Shown: in pieces, positions 41,244-56,086 of the stretch | Layout of the letters: each line of letters starts with the position of its first letter | How positions within the stretch are numbered: position 1 is the first letter of the stretch | Assembly: GCA_964016885.1 (NCBI GenBank) | Contig: OZ024745.1 | Span: 34,410,001-34,474,000 of the forward strand | Source: Eledone cirrhosa | Taxonomy: Eukaryota | Length of the DNA: 64,000 nt | Direction of reading: 5' to 3' | Made by a program: the position numbers and the translations under genes | The notes under the pieces: generated by a model | The model's database searches: none | What the model was told of the DNA's origin: nothing | The model's input: only the letters and a program-made list of their open reading frames with translations

Positions 41244-42905
41244 ATATATATATACACATATATATATAAGGTGTTCCCAAAGTATGTATACACACTTCAA
41301 GAGCATTCTAATAAATATGTGCATATGTATATATAATTATACATATATATATATGTGTCTGTGTGCGTGTGTGTTTGTATGTGTACGGATAAACTGCTAA
41401 CATACGAATACATTTCTGTATATATGTATATACGTTTGTATATTTGTGCGTATAGCTATATATGTAACTATATATGTGCATACCACCTTTTCTCAATTCA
41501 GAATTTCTTTTGACCGACCACATTCACGGTGTCACGGTTGTAGTGAAAAGAATATTTCAACCGTTCCCTGTATATTCATTCCTTCAGATATTAAGAATGT
41601 TTTACATGTTTTGAAGATTCCATATATCATGGCCAATCGTAGCTTAATTATTAAGGAACTGCGCTCTTTATCCAATAATCCTGTTTCAGTCATCTAGATA
41701 GACAGGGAAATTTACAGGTGTCCTTTGACCAAAATAGAGATAAATACGTAATTATTACTAGAAATAAGTGGACAACAGGTCGTGCATGTATGTGTACAAC
41801 ATGAGGCGCCTGAATCAGGGAAAGATTGACTTTTCTAGATGAGATATTCTTGAGTAAGGGTGCATAAACATGTGTAGCTGATACAAGTTACGTACGTAAA
41901 TCTAAATTTTGAAAATTATACGTGTTGGATATCCAGGCACTGAATAATTGATGTCTCAGTGACATTTGAAGTTATTTTTGAGATTGCAAATATCAAATCA
42001 CACAGCACTTAAGTTGAAAATAATAGATTGGACCCATTGACGGAAGTAACGGTTAAAATGTTATGTTAACATCGCTCGCAAGTCCAGATGTTTATCAGGC
42101 CGGATAATTGAGCATTAGATGAATGTACAATACACTGCTCCATCAGACGTTTAACACCCATCACTTTTGCAACTGAATAGACTGGGGAAACGTAAAATCA
42201 TTTACTCTTGCTGAAGAATACAATGTATTACCCATCCAGGAATAGAACCCACGACATTACGACCGTCAGCCTAACAACCTGACACTAGACCGTGCATCTT
42301 TATGTGATGGTGATAGTGTTAATATAAAGTGTTGCACTATCCCATCGGGGAAAATACGAATATGAAAAAGCGAACTAAAATTGGTGAGAAAATAATAAGC
42401 ATACCAGGTGTTCATGCAATGAAATCGTTTTATTGTTGCAACATTTTTTAAATAATAAACATCACCTCATACAACATATGGATGACTCTGTGACAATATA
42501 TTTCATAATAATTAGAATGAAGATCAGTGATGGCAGAAATAGAAAAACATCTGACAGTATGGATGGATGATTCTTGCATGCATATAAGATTCAATATAAT
42601 TCAGTGTGAGGTTGTTCCTGTCTTTGACCGTTTAAACACTAAACATGGTGAATGTTTTGGTTAAGAAGTATATAAAGATATTATTGAAATTATCATAAAA
42701 AGGTAAGTTGGCAGAGTCGTTAGAGTGTCAGGTAAAATGCCTTGTAGTATTTATTCCAGCTTTTTTACATACTGAATTCGGATATCACTAAGGCCAACAT
42801 TGCCTTCCATGCTTCCGAGATCGATAACTAAACTACCAGTCAAATACTGAGGTCGATATAATCGACGTCTTCTTCTTACATAATTTGTTGACGTTGTGCT
42901 TAAAT

Positions 42906-43096
42906 AGCGGTGGATTGGCAGTGTCGGTAGGGTCGGACGTCATGCTTTGACGCATAGAGTTACGGCCCTTTCCATTCTGAGTCCAAATCGCGCTGAGGTC
43001 AACTTTGCCTTTCATCCTTAAGGGGTCGATAAAATAAAGTACCAGTAATGTACTGGGTAATTGCTGGCTTTGTGCCAAAAGTATAAACAATTATTA
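42906..43096 (+). mobile_element. tRNA-derived SINE (family of 1102/58689); a degenerate related copy lies just upstream at ~42705-42860
   Basis: Same head, core and tail. Confidence 0.8.
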
Positions 43097-44390
43097 TGTT
43101 ATTTATACAGTAAATTACTATTTAAAATTGGTAGAAAACTGTTGACGTTTATTAACTTATATGTGTGAAATTTAGTTTTCTTAATGTATTTATTTATTTG
43201 GTGTAAACAACATACGTGTTGTAGTTGCTCTTCTTTCTCTGAAATCTCATGATTTCGAGTATTACTCAGCTAACTACGTAAAACTTCGTGTCTCCGTATA
43301 GGCATATGTATTTATCTGGCCTTTGTGTATGCGGACTTGAAGTATCTGTTGTTATATATGATAATTTATGTGTAAAAGTATATCACAATATTGTTAACAT
43401 TTTTTATGTTCCGGATATTGAATTGTAGAATAGTTATTTTCTAGGCCCAACATTACGTTTCTAGCCTCTCCTATTACGTCCTTAATAATAAATGTATCGT
43501 CCACGTGACTGGCGTATATTTTATGTTTATGTCTTGGTACTAATTTAATTTCTGTTCTGGCTACGTATAATATAATTCATAGGAAGTTGGTTTTAGAGTC
43601 CTAACACTAATAATAAGTTACAGTAATATTAAATTTTAAAATCATTATTAATTACAAACCACAGACGTACTCGTATAAACGTGCGAAGAAGTCACCAATG
43701 AGCAATGTGATTTATTAATTCGATTGCAAAACCGAAGTAGCAAGCTTCATGACACGAGCATTTATATTAAGCATAACATTACAACACTTACCCAACTGTT
43801 TACAATGCACTTACACAGAGCAATTGCAAAGTAATACATTACATGATAGAAAATTAACTAGATAGGAAAGCATTTCAGGACAATGCATCTATTATTTCCC
43901 GATTTTCGTGCAAAATAACACTTTATAATGAAAGCAATACACATAGTAAAACAGAATGCCAAAATATAGTTATACACTATACCCCAATCACGAACAAATA
44001 TACATCTTTGATTGATGACAATAATATAAGAGCTAAAAATAAAATTCCTGTGGAAATGTATTTCAATTCACATTGGCTCTATTTAACATAAAGAGGCCAC
44101 AACACTACTATCACTTCATATTCAAAATGATATTATCAAGGTTCATAGACATTGATGATGGAATTAGAAATTTTACTTCTCCGAGGGATTTGCTAGGAAC
44201 ACATACGAAAATGTGAGAAATATTGTTGACCCCCCCCCCCCCCCCCAAAAAAAAAAGTAGAACATACCAGTATTTCAGTGTAACATGTTCCACAGTGTAA
44301 CTGTTCCACGTATATACCTATATACACATGCATGCATAAATAAAAATACACACACGCGTATATATATATATATATATATGTGTGTGTGCG

Positions 44391-44453
<63 letters not shown>

Positions 44454-44890
44454 CGTGTGTGTGTGTATGTGTGTGTGTGTGCTGGTGTGTGTGTGTGTGT
44501 GTGTGTGTGAGCGTGTGTGTGTGTATGTGTGTGTGCTGGTGTGTGCGTCAGTTGTAAGTGTTTCTATGTACGATAAGATTGTATTAAATATTCCCATACA
44601 ATATAATTACTGCTAGGTGAAGTATTTCCCGATCGACTCCTACTTTCCCTGTTCTCTCATAGTATTCTTCAGTTTCACAATTGGTTTATATTTAGAGTAA
44701 TTCATTCTATATTTATGACATTCTTCTGTATCTATGACATTTACTTGGATCTCATTGAAGAAAATCTTGTTATACTAAATACGAGATTATTAATCCTTAA
44801 TTCTGATAATCTTTATAACAATTGCATTCCTGTATCTGTCATCGTGAGTGTTGTGAGATGACGTAAGAGAATGGAATTTTATTTCCTATA

Positions 44891-44959
<69 letters not shown>

Positions 44960-45229
44960 GTGTGTGTGTATGTGTGTGTGTGTGTGTAGAGTATTATACA
45001 GAAATGTACTTCGCTGATTGAATACCTTCTACGTTTAGTCAAACAGCTTCGATTTGTTTTATGGTACAAATGTTCCTGTTTATATGTCTGCACTTCTCTT
45101 GTTACACAAACATACGGTTAGTTATACATACGTACATGTATAACATGCCATGTCATGTCAGGGGTCCTAAACACTTGATGGAGTTGTAGAGGCATCGTCA
45201 GTACATAGGTCTTGCGGATTTATATCTAG

Positions 45230-46190
45230 CCGATCCCATCACACTTACAGTCGGAATACAACTGGCCAGAATATTGCACAATCGACGTGTCTGGAGCAGA
45301 ATATGGACCAACCACTTTTGTGGATCTGACAAAAGTCTTCGACACTGTCTTTAAGAAGGTGTATGGGGATCTAGACTAATTTCCTGCGTACAGAAACACT
45401 TATCTCGGTGGTCATGAAATTTCACAAAGAGTTGTTTGCAAGTGACAGTGAGTTTTCTGAACCATTCCCAGTTACCAACGGAATAAAATAGGCCTTAATC
45501 TTTTCAATATGGTATTTCGTACTATAGTTTCGGAAGTTTATAGAGAATGAGATACAGATTTTATGAGATACATACGTATGATACAGATTTTATGCAGGCG
45601 GCATCTTAAATCTGAATAGACCCAAGTGTGAGAGATATGTCAAGAAGGACATAGCTGGTGACGTTTCGTTTGCCGATGATTGTTTCCTCAATGCGAATTC
45701 AGAAAATTACATGCAATCATGCTTGGGTTTATTTTTATGCACCAGACAGCATTTGTTACCTCTTACAAAGAACCCATCATCACCAGAAAACGAGAAAATC
45801 TAGAAACTATTAAACAAATTCGTCCACCTGAGTAGCATTCTGGAAAGCAACAAATATTGATGTAGGAGTAAAGACCAGAATCCCCAGAGCCAACTCTGTT
45901 TGGCAGACACAAAGTAAAATAATGGAACAGGAAAGGCATAGTATCAAGTCTAAGTTAAATGTCTACGTAGCTGTCGTCCTTTTCTCTCTATTCCCTGACA
46001 GTGAGACATGGACAATCTTCAGTCATCATAACAAGAAGATCAATTCATTCCATATCAGAAGCTTGACGAAAATATTGAAGGTAATAAGAGAAAAGAAAGA
46101 ATTCGAAAGTATTCAGGCATTCTCAAGCTTAATTGACACTGGCATGTCATGTATGCCGCGAACGAAAACCGCCATGCAAAGAAGCTTTAT
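45230..46190 (+). pseudogene. RTE-clade LINE reverse transcriptase remnant
   Basis: Motifs FVDLTKVFDTV, EPFPVTNGIK*, FADDC and KLNVYVAVVL..SETWT..FHIRSL.KIL. Confidence 0.8.
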
Positions 46191-46364
46191 TTTCCGACCT
46201 TACAGCCTCGGATTGATCCCTTTATATGTATAGATATATCCCTGAAATATAATGCTGGAATATACTTGCTAAAACATTACTTTGCTTTGTCTCATTTGTC
46301 ATCATTTGCCCTTCGTACTTTTCTACCTCAGTATACCGGCTTGTTAAAACTTATCGGTCTATTT

Positions 46365-46471
<107 letters not shown>

Positions 46472-47015
46472 TAGTAATAATAATAAAATTGAAGACTAAA
46501 ATCCAGAGAGGGCTCGATAAGGAAAATATATATCGAATATATAAGAACCGAAGAGCAAATATTTATTAAAATAACAGATTAAAGTTTAAGCAAAGAATCG
46601 CTGCTTTCACCCTTAACGGGATCTTCTGAAACTAACAAAGTCAATCTGTAAACGCAGAACTGGATATTTCAAAAAACGTTGCAACCGGAGGAAGACAGGA
46701 AGACGATACTTTGGTTCATGGTGACGTTCGCTGGCAAAGAACGGGAAAAAACGAATAATACGTCATTAATAGGAGCGGTGAAAAACAATTACGTGCAAGG
46801 ACAGAACCACGTTTATGGTATAAAAGAGGTCGTAGACTAATGTTCTCTAAGTGGTGCATAGAGACGTTCTCTGGCAATGAACGAAAAAACGAAGATAATA
46901 AGTCATATGTGGAGCGTGGAGAACAATAGCGTGCAAAGACAAAACCACGTAAATGGTATAGCAGAAGTCGTAGACTAAAATTCTAACTAGGAGACCGAAT
47001 GAATCTCCGCTACAG
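46472..47015. mobile_element. Family C long copy between (TA)n tracts, with an internal ~140-bp degenerate tandem duplication
   Basis: Matches the copies at 21968-22132, 12631 and 38479. ctggcaa..gaacg..aaaaaacgaa..gtgcaa..accacgt..atggtata..gtcgtagactaa occurs twice (~46731 and ~46871). Confidence 0.75.
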
Positions 47016-50000
47016 AGTTATATATATATTATATATATGTGTGTGTGTGTGCGTGCACGCGGATGTGTGTGCATGTATGTGTGTCATTAGAGATAACTTA
47101 GTTGATATGGAAAATGGTGCTTTTACAATCACTACAGTAATATATACATTACACTCAAATGAAAAAAAAATTGATGGATACATAGAGTGTTTGAATAGTA
47201 AAAAATTGAAAATATAAATAAACAAATAACACACGTTATCTTTAGTTTGTAGGGTAGTTTGAAACTGATCAATTTATTGGACATATATTATCCGATTTAT
47301 GCGTAAACATAACGGTTAACGAGTTGGGTACAAAGAAATTAATAATTCGAGTATCGCTCTTATGTTTTATGTTGTTAGATCAATAAAAAAAAATGTAGAA
47401 TCGATCAGTCAATATATCTACGTGGACGCCCGATGGTTTTATAGAAATGGCACCCAAATCGTATACAAACTAAAGGGTACCACACCACATCACCTTAATA
47501 AAATTAATGTCTTGTCAGATGACTAACAATAGCACCTCATTTCTTATCTACCCTTTACTTTGCTGTCTTTTTACTCTCGATTGTCTTCCTTTTGATTCTC
47601 TCTTCCAACCATACTCTCTTCTCTTCCTTTTCTCCCTTCTAGTGAAGATCTAGCTTCTGAAACGTTCGACTGTAGCAAGCGTTAAACTAATATATCATCA
47701 TTTCATTGTTATTCTGTGTTATGCTTCCTTGTTCATATTTCCTATATAGTAAATATACATACGTTTGCATGTTTACATATATGTATGTACGCATGCATGC
47801 AATTGTGTCTGTATGTGTCTTATTATATATACATATTTGTCTATCTCCGTGTGTATGTATAGGTTACTTTAGTTGGAATATATAGATTATTATGATCAGT
47901 TGTTTAATGTGTACAGGCTTGGCTGAATGCTATATGAAGTTTACTATGTAAATACATGCTTTCCTATTGAGTCCTGTTGCGTGGCACTTTTGGTGCGTGT
48001 CTTCTATAGCTTCGGACCGTTGAAAGAATTCGGATAAAAATGTTGTTGATTGAAACTGCACGGAATAAGTTATTCTATATGTTTATTTTTCTCTGAACAG
48101 ATAATTTTCATTGAGATGCTTTTGTGTATAAGTGAGAAATAACCTTATATATAACATTAGCTACTCTTTAATTGCTGTGTTGGTATTTGGGTAATATATG
48201 AGCTATTTCTAGCGTATTTGATGTGGGAGTATTCTTGAAGGTCTGTCGTTAAATGTTGTTATATAAGATACATATAATGATGGGAGAGTAAAATCTGTAA
48301 CTTTCTTCCTTCAGCCTCAGATATCGATGCACCGTCCATCAATTAAAAAAGCTATGTATCACCAATTAATTACCTTAAAGTCTAATTAATTGAAGCAAAG
48401 CTTATTTGGTTACACAACTTTATAGTGTCTCATACTAACTATGACAAAATCAGTGCTAACAGGAAAGCCAGCATATACACGAAGCACGAGGAAGCCAGTT
48501 CATTATTGTAGGCATGGCTACATAGAAAATAGTTGCCAATTAAAACACCAAAGCACCATCTCGAGGCATGTGAAGTCTCTTGGCCTAGTGGGTATACTTT
48601 TGGTCTCACGATCATAGGGTCGTAGACTTCATACCTGGACCGGGATGCACATTGAGCACTTAAGCAAAACGCGTTATTCTACGTTGCTTTTCATGACGTC
48701 CCTCTCATTAAAACATACATAGAACTAATCTTTAAATTTCATTTCCATCTCATGGACAAATTGTCTTCTATATAAAGGAACATTATTTTAAATGGAAATT
48801 AATGATGTTCACTAAAAGAAGTGGAAGTAACCTTATTAGATAGTAATAAAGCTTTTTCAAACGAAATGCTATTCAAATTTCTGTTGACCCCGTTTCAGTG
48901 ATAGAACAATGAAACATTGCATATTGAAAATATGAAGTAAAAACATTAAAAAAACAATGTAATGCTTTTGCTTGGCTGCAAGTAATTTTTCCTAAAATAG
49001 TTGATTGACAAGACGGTAGATTATAAGAATTTAATTTAATGAGTTGTCAAGGATGGAAAATACGTTTTATCTTAATATAACACGAACTCAGTATATATGC
49101 TAGAAATCAAGCAAGCCGATTCGACCTCTGTCGTAAAGTGAGTATTAATAACAAATATAATTTAAACATAATAACAAAAACATGTCATAGTCTACACATA
49201 TGTGCTGATGATGTTAAGGGGAGATAACTACTTGTCTGTGCTTATGACTTTGTTAAGAGTATTAACAACCAATACGAAGGCGCATATATCTAATCAGCAA
49301 TTAAAATTGGTCCGTGACTCGTTGAACATTTTCGTCTGCTCTATGGCTTACGCATATAAACGAACAAAATAAATAATAATAATTCAAAAAACTTATTAAT
49401 TTTATTTCTATTAACCGACAGCTCGTGATTTCTAAATTAGATTTTAAAATATTTTACATCAGGTATAGAGCATTAACTTGATAATTGTAAATTGAAACGT
49501 CACTTCATTCCCATATTTCTTTCTATATTACAGAAGCCAAACAAATATATTCTTTCACAGCCCTTTCTTTTGGGTATTTAGTAGAGATTGTCACACTGAA
49601 TGAAACTTTATTTGAATTTAATGAAAAAACTTTATTTATTTTCTAGAACATTGAACAGTTTTAATTAATTCTATCGTATTCCAATCAATATTTATCACAT
49701 ATAATCAATAGCTCTACTTATTTCATTCGATATTCAGATAGTAAACATCATTTCAACCATATATAACGTTCATTAAACTATTTGCTTTCTCATTGTTCTT
49801 TCCAAGATTTATTAGTGTTTTTATCTATGTTCTTCTTGTTGTTGCTTCTATTTTCTATCATTTCTCTTACATGTTTCCCACTTAAGGAACAACTTACTAT
49901 CATGCTTTCAAGTGATCAAATATCAAATCTTTGTTCATTTTCCCTCGAAATCAATATTTATGTTTTAAGATAACGAATTGAGTTACGGAGGTTTCAAATC

Positions 50001-50407
50001 TCCCAGAGGTCACTTCCTCATAAAAGAAGCTGATTTACGGTATCTCATTTGAGTAATCAATACAGAAAAGAAGAATTCGGTGATGCTAGTTGCATTTCAA
50101 ACACGTGCATGTTCAGGCATTTATTTGGATAACGTGATCAAGTTTTAGTTATTTACCACTGTAAAAGATACAGTTGCGTCGGATTCGTTCTCGTAATATC
50201 GTTAATATTCTTTCTTCGTGTTATTTTCCTGCTTGTCACCCTGCTAACTATCTGCCTGTCTATTGATTGATCTAATCTAATCTGTCTATGTCTATGTGAG
50301 TCTGCTGTGTATCAACACCATCTATGCTTCTCTCTTTCTTTTTCTTATGTATGCACGCCTCTACTATATAAAAATATATATTTCCCTCTGAATATTCCCT
50401 CTTTGTC

Positions 50408-50923
<516 letters not shown>

Positions 50924-52584
50924 ATTCCTATCTCTCTCCATTTCCTTTTCTGTCTACATCAACTATACTTCACAGTTTATTACAGAGTTTTGCCACCAAC
51001 AACTTTTAGAATAGAATTAATTTGATAATAAGCGTTATCATCAGATGGTTAACAGTAGAAGGTGACTTCGATTGTTACTTTGCAATCCAGTTCACTGATA
51101 TAATATGCAGTGAGACCAACATATCAACAAATCATATGTGTTTAACAATCTATACATTGTTGTGGCTTTGGTAGAGAGTATTTTATCAGTACATCGGAGT
51201 TAAGTGGATGGTATTTTATAAATAACTCGGAATTAGGTAGTAGTATTATAAACAATAACTCTTAGCTTTGTCCGTCATCAATTGTAACATATCTTATATT
51301 TTTGCTTTTTTTTGTTTTTGTAATCGCCCTGCTGTCGGTATATCGTTGATATATAATTAAAGGTTTTCTAATCATGGTCATCCCACTTTATCAACAAAAG
51401 AATTTAAAGGGCAATATAATTTCGCTTTCCCTTGCTCTTTTTGCGATCTTACTCAATAATTCCAGTTAAATTTACCTCCTAGGTGTAGCAAGTCGATATA
51501 GCAACGTAAATATTCTCTCAAACGTCCATATAGCAATTTGGAGCTGGCTAACCTCTAACCTTAAGGATAATCCTAATCTCGTGTCACACCTTATTTCCGG
51601 CGCTCGCTTCTCACGTGTCTCTCTTCTCATCTTATCATATTAAGTCCTCCACAACTTCCCATTCTAAATACTATGGTTCCATTCCTTCTTTTTCAGAACG
51701 TTGATCCATTGGAAATCCATCCCACCATATGTTATTCTCTGCAGCCATAAACTCATAGTTGTCCAAAAAGAACACACACCACGTCAATCTCATTAACCTT
51801 GGATGTCCTGCAAATGCCATGTGTTCACCCACCCCTATCTAATTTCAGAGTAAGGACAATATAAAATGACAAGGAATTACTTCGGGGCCGATAGCATTTA
51901 TCGTCTTTTTACAAAATTGCACTGAAAAATTCATTGACTTTCAGTAAGCAGCTAACAAACATCAGTAGCCAACTGCGATGTGTATTTCTATTTGGAGCAT
52001 ATTCGTTTCTTTATTAACAAAATACCAGTAAAATGCTGAGGATTTAGTTAATTTGTTTCTCTATTAGGCTTTGTTACTAATACTTAAATCACTACTATGT
52101 TTATACATAAAACTCCAGTGAGGAATAAATATATATTGAAACAGAACGTAATAATTGGTTGAGAATAATTCCAGCGAAACGTTCCATAAATAAAAATAGA
52201 AAATTAATTTCAACGAAAATAGTGATTTAATAGAAGAGACAAATACAGAAAGTGGGTGAAAATAACATAGTAAGGCTATTTCTGCTGATAGGTAGTAAGA
52301 CTTTAGAAAATAGCAATCGATTTTTCAGTGGCGTGATCGATCAAATTTATCGAAAAATATGTCAACAAATACCCCTGCGGTGTTCCCAACAAATAAATCA
52401 TCATTAATACTGACTAACAAATTAAGGCAATCTATCTTCCAATATTACAAGAACAATATTGCGTAATATTATAAGGATTTTGTCAGCTCAATGATTTAAC
52501 AGGGGTAGTAAAATATGAAAGAAAATTTGAAAACACGATATTAATTCAATGCGTGTGGATTTATATATAGATAGATATTTACTA

Positions 52585-52651
<67 letters not shown>

Positions 52652-54277
52652 CATGTGTGCGTTACATATTACACCGTGGAACATATGAATTATTTTCATC
52701 TTTTGCTCTATAACAAATCATAAGCCAATAATTTTCCAATGTAGTCCAATTTCGATTTGTTTAGTTCTCATCAGTATCGCCGAGGAAAGATTCAATAATG
52801 CCTGCTCAGTTAGACTGTCGGTGTATTAGTTAATATCTATGGGAAAATTATATTATGGTGTACTTTTGTAATTTGCAATAAATGGCTAAATGTGTAAGAC
52901 GCTATATTATATAAATAATAAATAAAGAAACCATTATATAATTGAAAGCATCATTTGAGCGTCGGTTTAAATAAATCGGTATTTGATCTAGCTGTCTAAC
53001 ATCTGAGTACAAATTCTGTGGAGATTAACATTGATTTTCATCCTTTCCAGGTTAATATAGTAACAAGCTATAGGCGTTGGATTGGCTCAGTTGTTAAAGA
53101 GTTAAGCCGCATATTTTGCGGTACCTGCTGTATGCGTTCTCAGTTCAAACACCACGTATTCTAACCGCCAGGGGTTGCGTTTGTAAGATAGTCTCAGCAA
53201 CAGAAGCAGCAACGGAAACACATTCCTTAATCCGATCTAAAGATCGCTTCTTTTTGTTACCTAATTATATGTTATGCGATGCTTGAAAATTTTATTGTAT
53301 ATTGATCCCTAAATCTGCATTTTATACTCTATTCTGCGTATAATAAATGTAGTATATTAATGTGTTAATTTTAATCAAACACATGGTTATAACAATTACG
53401 TTAATTTGATTGGTTATAATAATAGCGAAGCTATAATTAAATTTCTTAAATTATTCGCTCATCGCTGCAAGACTATTTCAATGGAAATATTTTAATAAAT
53501 CTTTCAATTAAATCAGAAATTTTTATGTTTTTATGTAGCTTTTGTCTCGAGGATAGATATGTGAAGTATATCATTATATGAACACACTTTAACTAAGAGA
53601 CTAAGAGTCAGATTAAAACTAATTTTGTAGTGGCAGAGTCTTTAAATTGTCGAATCTAATCGATGTTTGTTCCAGCAAAATCACTAAGTTCGAATCGTAT
53701 TGAGGACGACTTTGCATTTCATTACTTCGGGGTTGTTAAAGAAAGTTCTTGTCCAGGTTGGTTTGGTGGAATATCTAAAGAATCAACCAGGATGTGGTGT
53801 GTTACAGTTCCTGGCCAATCATACACACACATCCAACACTAAGTTGGCAAGAGGGATTCCACAACAAATATATTATATATTCATAATGACTGTTGCTCAC
53901 TTTCGGCTTAAACATTTAATTCACACAAGATAACATGGCAGTTTGTTTGTATATCTATGCAGTCCTCTTAATATAAAAGTGTAAACCTAAATTGACTACA
54001 TTTAATGTGGGGCAGATTACCTCCTGTGTTTAACTGTAGAATAATCCTGATAGGAAAGTTGCTAATACTATTCGAAGCTGGCAATCATGTTACATATCCC
54101 TTTCTTCTCATCTATAGTATCCATAGTTCAGTATTCTATATCGTTTAGTGTTACATTCTCAAATAAATTACATGATATGGATTTGTTTGGATTATCATGG
54201 CCCTGTTAAAATTCCAGGAAAGATTAGTGACGCCGTTAAAAGTACAGTCGGTGTTAGTGATCCAACAGGGAATACAG

Positions 54278-54408
54278 TAATGCATGGTGTTCCAGAGAAT
54301 TTAATTTATGGCATGCCCATTCACATTCTATGGAACCACTTATAATGCATGGTGTTCCAGAGAATTTAATTTATGGCATGCCCATTCACATTTTATGGAA
54401 CCACTTAT
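54278..54408. repeat. 65-bp direct tandem duplication
   Basis: taatgcatggtgttccagagaat...ggaaccactta twice, with 1 mismatch. Confidence 0.95.
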
Positions 54409-55879
54409 GTCGAAATTCATTTTTCATGCACCTAAAATATGAAATAGCGTGTATCGCATAGCCCTAGTTTGATTTAATATTATTACAAGAAGGTCATATA
54501 ATAACGAACCGTGTATTGATTACGGGTTCGAACCTCCACTTCTACCGGTTCACTTTCCATATGTCGCTAATGTCCCTAAGAAATGTACAAATGTTATATA
54601 ATTTCTTCTACAATCACGTACAAATATTGTTGCTTTGTCTGCCAAAAAAAATAAATAAATAAATAAAATCAATAAATAGAATAGATCGAATTAGAGTTTT
54701 CTCTAAGCGGCTGTATAACATTTGATCGACCTGAGTTATTGATTGTACAATAAGGGGGATAAATATTCTGCAATGTCCATGATTACAAACGCTGAAGGTG
54801 AAAAATTAGAAGAGAGTAAACTACCATTGTTAAGTTGCAAAAGAAAATTCCCTGTAGTTTGGTATATGAAACATGATACGATTTCCTGGTCGCCTCAAGG
54901 CAACGTTTTCAACTTCGAAATAGGCTAGTTAGTATTCATTCCAATATATAACAGTGATCATTGCTTTCCACATTCTTTTTGATAGAATCAATAAATAAAA
55001 TAGAAAGGACATTTTAATGAAGCAGACTTTCAATGCAGGACATAAAAAGATAGCATTTTCTCCATTTCAAATGAAATAACTTTATTTACTGAAATTGAAA
55101 AAAATAGAGAATTCAAACGACAACTTTGCAAGAATATTGTACAATGACATGAGAAATTGTCCAAGAAATGTCAAAATAGATTTTAATCAAATGAAAACAT
55201 AATGTTTTCTATTCTAAATTCATTAATTTAATTAAAATTTCAGACAAAACGGAAATCAACAATTACTTATGAGAAATTTTGAATATTACTCGCTGCATTA
55301 AAATTGCAGATCCTAAATATCCTTAGAAATCTAGGTTGACACGTCCTTTAATTTAATTAGGGTTTTTTGTTCACTCTCACTTGATGACGTACGTACATTT
55401 TCTGAAAAAAGAAATGGAAAAATAAATCATCTTGTCTTGTTTTTCCTTCTCTGTCTTTTATACCCCAACTACTCCATTAACAGCAATTGAATCAAAGATA
55501 ATTGTTTAAGACAAATCACACTTTAAAAATCAACAGGAATAAAACTATTATACATTATTGACTTTTATAGAGCATAGATGGGTAAAGAGAGAATACGTTA
55601 TAAAACCACTCTCTCTCTCCTAGCAATTAGTTCATTGCTTGTGGGTTTCGTCGTTTGTCTAATGAACACGTGGGTCAGTACATTTCTTTTGTTTCTAACG
55701 AACAAAATTCCAATTACAGCGATGGCATGTTGTAACAAAAAGTAAGTCTATGAAATATAGATTATTGGTTATTCTTTTACTGACTTCAGTCATTATCAGC
55801 GGCCACGCTGTGGCACCACTTTCATCTAGACGATCATATTGAACATAGTATTTATTTACGTTCAGGTTTGTTGCCTGTT

Positions 55880-56086
<207 letters not shown>

